A DNA stretch of 64,000 nt from assembly GCA_043228905.1 (NCBI GenBank), contig JBHGNT010000005.1, positions 5,270,001 through 5,334,000 of the forward strand, written 5' to 3'. Origin of the DNA: Azolla caroliniana. Its lineage: Eukaryota > Plantae > Polypodiophyta. The notes beneath the pieces were generated by a model. The model was not told the DNA's origin. It made no database searches and was given only the letters and a program-made list of their open reading frames with translations. Of the stretch, positions 1 through 10,429 are shown piece after piece; the first letter of the stretch is position 1, and every line of letters starts with the position of its first letter. The translations under genes were made by a program, and so were the position numbers.

Positions 1-653
1 TAATGCCCACTATTTCAACAAGACAACCGAGTCCATGGTGTTAGATCATAATTGGTCGAACTTGAATATGAGCATAGGATAAAGGCTCAAGTTAGGGCGA
101 TAACCATATTACCTAGATGAGGAAACCCAATATGCGCATGAGCAATGGCAAAACAAAAATTACAAGGGAATATGTATGTATGTCTTCTTGTTGGAGTTAA
201 TCTATTGATGGTCACCCAACCATATCTTCTAGTTTGATAATTAGAATGCAAGGAGAAATATAGTTCAAGTGTTCCTAGGAATAACAAAAGTAGGGTAGTC
301 TCGTTGTAGTCTGACCTCCATCATATCCTACTGACTTCTGTGGGTTCTTTTTTAGTGTCGTTGCGTTACGACCCTCACTTAGTGGTGGTAACTGATGAAC
401 ATCAACCACCACATAAGGGAGGGCAATCAATAGGTAGGTCTATAGGTGGCAATGAAGCCAATGTTGGCGAACACCATTGATGAATACAACCGATTGCGTC
501 CATAGATACCACCATATGTTTAACCCCCCCCCCCCCCCCCCTCCCTCTTGGTGAACACTGAAAACACACAATTATATATGTTAATACATAATTGTATGTG
601 AAAAACACTACTACAATGCTATCACAATTTATTTGAGTGTAGTCACCAATGCA

Positions 654-708
<55 letters not shown>

Positions 709-711
709 ATG

Positions 712-1295
712 TCCACTACAAAGGAATGGGTGAGAGAGTGGACACAGTAGTGTGTATCGATATGTTTTTCTTATTGTTGATTGCATGCCTATTAAAGAAT
801 CTAAAGAACTGTTTTGGCAAACTAAACACAATAGGAAAGTTTGCCAAAACTAATTTTTAGATGCTCTCATGGCCATGCAATCAAGGTTAAGAAAAACGTG
901 TACATATGCACAAATGTACGCATTGTCTCACCTATGCTTTTTTGCAGTGGTCATATAGTCATAAGGGGGTAACTAAAGATTCACTTTTCCTTTTTAACTA
1001 TCACCATACCTTTGTATTTTCGAATACCTACATGACATGCAAACACCCATGATATCTAGTGATAGATGGAAAGTTACGAAAATACCCCTCATTTTCAAGG
1101 ACAAATAAAAACACTCCTATATGCTTTAGAAAATACAAATGTATGGTAATATTTAAGATGGAAAAGTGATTGCACAGTTATGCAACTACTACGACAAAGA
1201 GTGATTGCAACATGAGTATGTGCTTGTTTTTCTTTTTGTGTGGCCATGATAGCATGTAGAGAATACTTTTGGCAAACTAAACACAACTGGAAAGG
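712..1295. repeat. Compound foldback (overlapping imperfect inverted repeats), possible MITE/foldback element
   Basis: GTTTTGGCAAACT/AGTTTGCCAAAAC forms the centre of a ~240-bp imperfect palindrome at 712-950. A second arm pair lies at about 979-1025/1125-1171, and a third copy of the first arm at about 1183-1295. Confidence 0.75.
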
Positions 1296-2462
1296 TATAA
1301 AAAACATAACAAACATAGTGACAAATTGATGGAAATATAGTTTGCGTGACCTTGATATGTACAACACGACCATTTGGCATTAGATTCAACAACATTGTTT
1401 GGAGTCTAGACCATGCTGTTGGCATTGGGTCATTAACTCCTTTATCCATATCGCTTATATAGGTTTTGCTTCCAACTTTATGTTTGTCAGGGAACTCATG
1501 ATTTTGGTGGGTATGTATCGGCTCTTTTTTTTTAAATGTTCTTAGTGACATGTTGTCAATATTCTTTGTTGGGTGTTACCTCATTTTGAGGGTTTCCCAA
1601 CATTTTATAAAAAAGTGGATGTGTGTAAATGCTCTTAAGAGGAGTAACACGGTCCTAAATAGCCAACCAACCATCCAATACATGGCCATCCCTAGGTATG
1701 GAGAGTTTCTACAAGGCACATGTAGGGTACACATGGGCCATGGCATACATTTTCTATCCCAAACATGTAATATGTAGGCATACTATGTATCGGATTTGAA
1801 GCTTTTCCCCTTCTGGTGCCCATACTTTCATAGATTGAATATATCAACCCCTTAGTTGATTTCTCAACTTCCCCAAAATATCCTAGTGTATTGCATAAGT
1901 TTAATAAAATTAGAACAATTGTTGCTGATGTTGGGAAAACAAATGGAGTTAAGTCTCACTTGCAATTGCATAACTCGAAAAACACCTTTAAATTCAGAAA
2001 CTGAAAGTAGCGATACCTTAACATTTTAGAATACTTCTAAGATTCCAACTCTTCACCAAAGATATGTGCTACTAAATGATTGTAATAAATTTTAGTGTGA
2101 AATTCAAACTAAAGTTACCTCCAAATTCGAGAATAAAAATGAAATGCGGCCGTAAATACGTGTAACAAATGTGTTGATTTGGAATTTGGCAGGTAGCAAT
2201 GGAGACGATACACCAAGGACTTTCTACTTAGTAAAAACCCTTGAAAGAGACATCATTGAGAAAGTTAAAATTTGGGCAACTTTCGGTGGACTGTGTTGGG
2301 TTGCTATTACATTGGGGGTTCACGAGGCTAGTCAATGAATAAATAGTTCATGTAGAGGAGTGGCGTGCCGACCTTTGGTAATCTTTAGAGATTAGAATGG
2401 GAAACAATGGTGGTGGGTGGCAAGTGTGTTGATAAATGACCAAGGGTAGTTTGCAAATAAAT

Positions 2463-2494
<32 letters not shown>

Positions 2495-2681
2495 CATACT
2501 GTACATACATACTTTTTTTCATGTATACATCCATTATGTATATACATTACATTACACGCATACATACCTTACATAAATTTTTACATGCATACATTCATTA
2601 TATACATTACATTACATACATTCACACACAGAAATATATACACACACATACATACCTTACATGCACACATATATACATACA

Positions 2682-2815
2682 TACATACATCAAAGTGTGT
2701 TGGAAAATAACCAAGAGTAGCTTGTGTTGAATACATCACTTGCAAGTTTGCAACTACACTACATAGTACAAACTACATACTCTTGGTTATTTTACAACAC
2801 ACTTTGATGTATGTA
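2682..2815. repeat. 38-bp near-perfect inverted repeat (hairpin); second copy at about 46679-46812
   Basis: TACATACATCAAAGTGTGTTGGAAAATAACCAAGAGTA (2682-2719) pairs with 2778-2815 with one mismatch. Confidence 0.9.
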
Positions 2816-3677
2816 GGTATGTGTGTGTGTGTGTGTGTGAATGTATGTATGTACATATGTAGGTAGGTATTCATACATACATTACAAACTTACATATGTA
2901 CATACATATTTATTATCCTATATGATAATTTAATGTGAACATCCAAACAAAAAGGCAGCATTAAATGGCCTCTCTCTCTCTTATTCTCTCACCAAAAAAA
3001 GCACACCAATCTACCCCCAAAAAACACCAAATCAAAAAAAACAAAAACAAAGAGAAGTTATCATTAAAGCTTCACCAAACCACTTAAGTGCACACACACA
3101 CACACACCTCTCTATTTATATGGTATTGTTCATGAAAGCCTGGACAGCTCAAAAACTATATGTAGTACAGAGACACCAGGAAACAGAGTAGAAAAGCAAA
3201 AGCAAAAGCAAATCCCCCCCCCCCCCCCCCCTTCCCCACAACTGCAACAACAGAAAACAGAGGAAGCAAGCAAGAAGGAAGGAAGAAGACATGAAGATCA
3301 ACATCATCAATCAAAGCTACATACATACATAACTGTTCTGAGTCCTCATGAGCTAAGCTACTCATTCTCTACATGCATGCATACATACATATATACATAC
3401 ATACATACATGCATGCATACATAACACATGCATCATCACCAATCACAGTTAACTTTATGAATCAGACACACCAATTGCTTCATTCATTTCTCATTCATTG
3501 CATTTCATACTCAAAACAAAAGAGAGAGAGAGAGAGAGAGTTGAAGCCCCTCTATTAATTACTGCTCCTCCTCTTCTTCTTTCTCTGTCTATCTTCATCT
3601 TCTTCCTCTAACAAGATTTCTAGGAGAGGAAGGAAGGCAAATCTCTCCACTCTCTCTCTCTGCTATTCTAGTTAGCC

Positions 3678-6077
3678 ATGGAGAAGATGAGTTTGAAGCT
3701 CAATGCAGCCTTCAGCAAGTTCTCCACTTCTCTGCCTCTCTTCTTCTTCATAATCATGGGATACTGCACAATGTGTGTTCATCATGTGGAAGCGAAGGAT
3801 CCTATCGCCATGTTTGTGTTCGGGGATTCTTTGGTGGATACAGGCAACAATGACTACATCCCATCGACGGCCCGTGCAAACTTCCGGCCCAACGGTCTGG
3901 ATTACCCGAATGGCCAGCCCACTGGCCGATTCTGCAATGGAAAGATCATCTCCGATTTCATAAGTATTCCTCACTATACTCTGCTCTAATGTGCACTAAT
4001 ACTCTACTAATCTACATTTACACACCATAACTGCATTTCTCTCTAATACTATTTGCATAATCTCCCAAACATCTCAGGTTATGTGTTTTTGTTTTGAGCT
4101 CATGTAACTTGGTTTAGGGTTTAGGGTTTCCCTCTAATGTGCACTAATACTCTACTAATCTACATTTACAGACCATAACTGCATTTCTCTCTAATACTAT
4201 TTGCATAATCTCCCACACATATAAGGTTATGTGTTTTTGTTTTGAGCTCATGTAACTTGGTTTGTGTGTGTGTGTGTGGGTGGTTGCAGGTGATTACATG
4301 GGTCTGCCACCAGTGAAGCCATACCTTGACCCTTCCAACGATCAATCTAGCCTCCTCCTCGGTGCAAATTTTGCCTCTGCAGGTGCCGGTATCCTTAACA
4401 GCACCGGCAGACTCTTCGTAAGTTGCTCATGTTCATGTGCTTTTGCTACTTGCGGTGCCAATGGCTTGACCTAATCGGCTGTCATATGTGGTTTAATTGA
4501 TCTTGCAGGTGAAGGTCCTCACAGTAGAAGAGCAATTTGCAATGTTCGATGAATACAAGCAAAAGGTTGCGAGCTTCATAGGGCGTCCGGCTATGGAGAA
4601 GCTTTTGTCAGGGGCTCTGTTTTCGCTTACATTCGGCGGAAATGACTACATCAACAACTATCTCATGCCCTCTGCAAGGTCCAACAAGCAATTCACCTTG
4701 CCCCAATGGCAATCCATCCTCATTGCCCAATACAAAATCCAACTCATTGTAAGCTGGAATCCCACATTTTGTTTTTGTTTGATCAAAGAAACATCTTTCA
4801 TCTCAGTGATCTCACCACATTTTGAATCCTACATTTTGGTTTTCTTGGATCAAAGATACAACATCTTTCATCTCATCTCACCGTATTGGAATCTCAGATT
4901 TTGTTTTTGTTGGATCAAAGCCACATACATCTTTGATCTCAGTGATCTCACCCTATTGGAATCCCACATTTGTTTTTCTTCTTTTTGTCAAAGACACATA
5001 TATCTTTGATCTCATCTCACCATATGTCTGCTTTCTATGTTCACCATTAATAATTGTGGCATTCATGGTATGCAGGAATTGTATCGGATGGGTGCCCGAA
5101 AGTTCTCGATATCATCCTTGGGGCCATTGGGTTGCATCCCATCTCAGCTCAACATTCAGAAGAGCCCCGATGGAACTTGCATCCCATTCCTCCAGAAAGT
5201 CGCGCTGAGCTTCAATGCCGCGCTGAAGCCGATGACAGAGGAGTTGAATGCCATGTTCCCTGATGCAACATATGTCTATGTCAATAGCTTTGGCATTGTC
5301 ATGGACTACATCTCCAACCCTAGTGCCTATGGTAAAACATTTGCTCCACCCTACCAGTCGATGTCTTTTACGCAATCACCGTGTTTGAAATTAATTACCG
5401 CGGTACCCATTTTCACTTTCACCATGATGGATACATGTTGAGGGCCAAGGAGGTCACACAGCTTTTATGAGGTTCACTTCAATCAAGGTGTAGCATTGTT
5501 GTCCATGTGTGAAATGTAGACGTCGGGGAGGGGAAGAGGGGAAGAGTGTCCGCACACATGTAGCCATTTGGTTTTCTAGCTACCAATTCATCATTGGTAC
5601 ACATACCCTAGGGTTCACTCTCCTAAATTCTCGAAAAACATAGGATTGTAGGGTTTTAAGGGGGGCTGGGAGTATCTTCATGAATGAATGTCCTTATCAC
5701 TTCTCACACACTTTCACTTCCCCACAAGAATCTTCTCATTTATCCTCTTGGGTTCCATATTTTTTCTTTTTTGTCCCTACATTTTGTTTAGAGTAATGTT
5801 TGTTTCAAACTAATCCCTTCTTATGGGTGCTTTTTTTTTATCTGGTATTTGTATAGGGTTCGAGACAGCCCACATGGCTTGTTGTGGTCAAGGAAAGTAC
5901 AATGGTTTTCTCATTTGTAATAGGTTCTCAAATCTTTGTGCGAACCGACAAAACCATGTGTTCTGGGACCCATATCACCCTACAGAAAAAGTGAACCAAT
6001 TGATCACACATCGGATCTTGAATGGACCGAAGTCCGACCTTAGCCCCGTTAATATTCGACAACTCTTGGGGATATAA
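3678..6077 (+). CDS. GDSL esterase/lipase (SGNH hydrolase), secreted; 5 exons approx. 3678-3963, 4290-4417, 4509-4748, 5076-5331, 5857-6077
   Basis: N-terminal hydrophobic stretch. All four SGNH blocks are present: FVFGDSLVD, GANFASAGAG, TFGGNDY, FWDPYHP. GT-AG junctions keep the frame, and the 5-exon layout is typical of plant GELP genes. Confidence 0.95.
3984..4263 (+). repeat. Two-copy ~148-bp tandem duplication in GDSL intron 1 with (TTTAGGG)2 at the junction
   Basis: CTCTAATGTGCACTAATACTCTACT...CATGTAACTTGGTTT occurs twice; TTTAGGGTTTAGGG at 4113-4126. Confidence 0.9.
4753..5022 (+). repeat. Degenerate ~60-75-bp tandem repeat, about 4 units, in GDSL intron 3
   Basis: Recurring GGAATCCCACATTT...GATCAAAG..ACATCTTT.ATCTCA..ATCTCACC. 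Confidence 0.8.
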
Positions 6078-7682
6078 CAAAGAAACAAAAAAATTCTGAT
6101 ACGAGCTATCTTTGTTTTTTGTTTTTTTTTCTTAATTTGTTGGCCCAAGACCAGTTTAAGAAGATGAGCTTATTTTTCCATGGGCTGTAGAGGTTAAAGG
6201 TTCAAATCATCAAGTCTTTGAACCCACCCTTATTTGGTTGTAATTTGCTTTGGCTCAAAAATGAGTTGTATTGCTTGATATGGCAATAATATGAGATGTA
6301 CTTCATATTTTTTATACTACTTTGGATTTTGGAAAATTTTAGCTGTTTGTTTTAATGGTACCTCATGTGTAACGAGTTAGAAATTATAAGATTAGGTTAT
6401 TGTAACCTTCAACCTCACCAAACAATTTATATATAGTAAATCCTAAAAGGCTTGTAAAAGTTTAGTGGTTCATCAATTATTTAGGCACGGAGCATTTTAT
6501 AATATACATTTCTGATGTTGGCATTGGCCCAAGAGACAATGAACCTCATTCTAGAAAACAACGTGAAATGTATCTATTCTAGAGGCCTTGGTAAGACATG
6601 ATAACAAGCTGAAATACCCGAAATGTTGGGGACTTTTTGTTCCTATCAGTGTACATCTAACTAAAACTGTCATGTTGTCTCTAGACTCTCACCATGTATA
6701 TTAAACCAAGTTGCAAATTCGTTGGGAACTTTGTCAGCTTTCCCGTGGGATTTTAGAAGCTTAGCATCCGGAAAGATTCCTTTTGATCGTCCATTAAACA
6801 TAGTGATTTCGTGACTCTCATTGTCATTTGCTAGACATCCTAAGCAATCCTAGTTTGTTGAGTGGTACCTATTTCCAATCATCGCCATAAGGTGTATGTG
6901 ATGATTTTGGGCATTTTGTATGATTGATTGCTGCTGGTTGCTCACAAAAAAAGGACCTATTTTAGACTTCCTTCCAATTGTGCCATATTTTGTAGCTTTG
7001 TTAATAGCCCAAAGTTGGGGTCGCAAAGGATCCCTCAAACTTTTCTCTATTTGGGCCTTTGGGGACATTTTTCCTTTTTCACCAAGATCCCTCAAACTTC
7101 TTCTTACATTCAACACGACAAAAAGGGGACGTGTTTCATCGTATGAATTTCATTTATCCATGCCAACAACTAGGTGTTCTAAGTTCTACGGAATGCACAC
7201 GTCCAATTGTAGAGATCCATTGCTTTTAGTTATTGCGTCATTCTGTCACTAACAAAATGTAACAGTGGAAAATGAATAACAGTAACTCTTGGGTGTCCAA
7301 TAACAGTAGTAAAATTTATAGTTTAAAGTGTATGACAAAAGACGACCTTTAACAATATTGATTTACAATTCGGTCAACCCCAAGGCAACATGCCGTGCAT
7401 TGTATTGCTTTGTCAACAATGGAGCAATAATGGCACAACCTCTTGTGTCTTCAATACTAGACATCAAAGCTATAGGTGAAGATGGAAGCATTAAAATCTA
7501 TGACAAAAGAAGAGAGTTGAAATGTGTACATGCACACGAGTCATAACATGAATACAAATTGTTGTGTTGCACAATACAAAATTACTCTAAAGAGAAGAAG
7601 TAAAAAATAGGTCTTGAGACAAGAAAATAAAGGTGCATGTTCTAAAGGACAAAATCATTCATACGCCATATTCATAGGATTA

Positions 7683-7726
7683 GGTGGTTTCTAATAATGT
7701 CATTTTTGCCATTATTAGAAACCACC
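7683..7726. repeat. Perfect 17-bp stem hairpin; second copy at 51695-51738
   Basis: GGTGGTTTCTAATAATG-tcatttttgc-CATTATTAGAAACCACC. Confidence 0.9.
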
Positions 7727-8019
7727 GAATTGACATTAGAGAGTCATTTGGACTTAGAATTATATAGAGACCAAAACTCAACCAAAATATCAACCAAAAT
7801 ATGAATGATGCATCCTTGATACCAAGATTCACAAAGCACCATGTCCATACCTTTTGATGGTTTTAACAAAAAACTTACCATTAATCATAATATTCCCATC
7901 CCACCACGAAAATATTGCCATATTTGTAGTCCAAGCGAGAAGCAATAAAACAAGGAATCGAAGATTTCGTGTTCAAAAGTAGACAAACATAAGTATAAAA
8001 ACCTATGTCGGAAGATTAC

Positions 8020-9350
8020 TATGAAATTTGTTTTGAGAGGCAAGAACAAAATTGGAGATATTTATGACTTTCTTTATACAAATTCTCAATGGGTTCAACA
8101 CCAAGAAAATCATGGAGAGCCTTTCCAATATTTTGTAAAGGCTCTTGATATCATGATTTACTCTATTTGTGTTTTACATGATAAAAAGTTTATTTATGTT
8201 TTGCATTAAAGGGTCTTCTTTATGTTTGCATTAAAATACCCTATATGTGGGTACAAATTTAAAGAGAATCTAAAATTTGAATCCCAACAAAGCAAATGGC
8301 AAATCAATTTCTCGATTTACTTCACCCTCTTTGAACTCTATATTGACAACCAAGAGCCACATGGCGGTAGTGAGGGAATCAATATATTAGGACACCAGTT
8401 CACATTCTTCTTGAGATGTTGATTACGTAATATTGGCCACTAAATCTAATGCAAGACTTCAAAACCAACTTAATGCAATAGATAATCTTTGTGAACAATA
8501 CAGCCTCAGAGTAAATCAAGGACCAACCAAGCACACTTCCATGAACCTTGTACTAAAATATGGTTATTTGGTTTCATGGTCATCCCTATCCTCGTGTACA
8601 TTGTAGCCATTGTAGCATCCAATTGGTCATGATGATGCAAAGGCTCGCCGCTCCACCTCATACAAGAGTGTTCAAGTTAAATAATGTAAAAGCTTTAATT
8701 CAAACTAGAAACCTAATCACCAAAACAAGGATCAAGATCGTGGCAAGCATCATGACACTCACAAGTAATAAAATGGCTCAAAAATAATGGCTACAACATC
8801 AATAATTTGGCAGTACATAGCTTACACCTCTCCGAAATGATGTACATACATGATATTGCCACAAGAGATATGGTAACTCTATACCCAAAAGATTTAGTCC
8901 ACAAAAATGGTCTATAAGAAGATAGTTTCATGGACTTCTTCCAAAATGTGCTCGCAAAGCAATCCTACAACCAACTAGAGATTGAAGCAAGATGTATACT
9001 TGCACACCTAGACCCAAAAGACTTCCTAGTTATGTGAAGGAGAAGTGATAGCAAGTTGCATATGCCCAACTTATGAGCAAGTGAAAGAGAAGCATGACAA
9101 CACCCTCTTTATGTGGAGTCCATAATACAATGAACGAAGAAATCTTATTCAAACTTCAAATGTATATGAAATCAACCCTTCTATCAAAACATGTTGCAAT
9201 GGAAACACCATAGATCTCACTTCTTCCCTAGGCTTGCACCATATACCAAGACTCGCCATAGATTGAGCAAAGGATTGTCAACAACAAAGACCCTAACTAT
9301 CATATGATACGAAGTGTGGGCCATAGTATAGCGAAACCAAGTCATGAAGA
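8020..9350 (+). mobile_element. Possible highly degenerate CACTA (En/Spm) transposase remnant
   Basis: Broken peptide fragments occur in the expected order: VKALDIMIYSI..LKYPICG (cf. LGLGYEKIHAC..CPICG), VHCSHC, HGLLPKCARKAI (cf. RGLLP..VRKAI), LDPKD. There are many stops and frameshifts; recognised by eye only. Confidence 0.35.
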
Positions 9351-10429
9351 TTATTGCTCACATTGTTGGATTTGCTTGAGGACATTTAGTGAACTTCATC
9401 ATAGCCTCACCCAACCACATCTATCAACCTTCAATACGATGTCCGCTCCCCAGTAATCCATGCATGGTCGTCATACACTTATGATTGTAATTCATCTTAA
9501 CACTCATTCCATCACATGCACTCAAGTCATCATCATTGTTTGTTAGGAAACTTAGAGCTTTATCTTTGTTTTATTTAGGTAACTTTATACACTTCATGAT
9601 TGTTAGCCATCAAGTGCATAACACTCGGTAACCACCACTTGCATTCAAGTCATCCTCATGGATCAAACTGAATAGGTGCAAACTGATTGTCTTAATCAAG
9701 TTCATTGCCACCAGATGCTCACATAGTGATTGATATGGTTAGAAAAAGATTCTATCGTTACAATATAATACATTATCAAGGATGCAGTCTCAAACAAGGA
9801 GAAAATTCTGGCTAAACACCAAACAATATGAGACAGAGAGAGTCTTTAACGGAACAACTTGCATTGATAGAATAAAATTCCCAAATGGGGTGAAATCCTT
9901 CCATGTCCGAAGGTAAATGGTATCTTGTTTGAGGGTAATATCATTCATATCATCAACCTCTAAATATTTACCTCTTTGATGAGTTATTTACACATTTCCT
10001 GTCTACACAATCCTAAATGCTACCAAACAAATTTGTTGCTGATCATGTACCTTCTCTAAATCTTGAGAGGTGCCAAATTATGTTTTACTTAGTATTTAGT
10101 CGTCAGAGAAGCAAATATTAAATATGTAAAGAGTAAAATATACGGATTCACCCATATACCAGGATGAAGCCTTACAAAACATTAAAGAATACATTATATA
10201 CATAGATAAATATATTTTTGCAAAGAAAGCATGTAGATTCATTGGCAAGATGCACATAACATAATAAAGAGTAATACAGTGCCGAATGGATAGAGTAAAC
10301 ATCACTCACATAACATTGTGTATGATACTACATATGTAAGAAAACACCGTCCATATTGTTGTCGATCCATAGTTAGTTGGGAAAAAAATGATGATTATCT
10401 TTCCGTTTCTTTCCAACTTAGAGAATTTG

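Noticed and set aside
633-3558. Short ORFs such as SLSLSL, YIYIYI, HTHTHT (also at 20165-20737 and 39989-40418)
   Set aside because: Translations of microsatellites.
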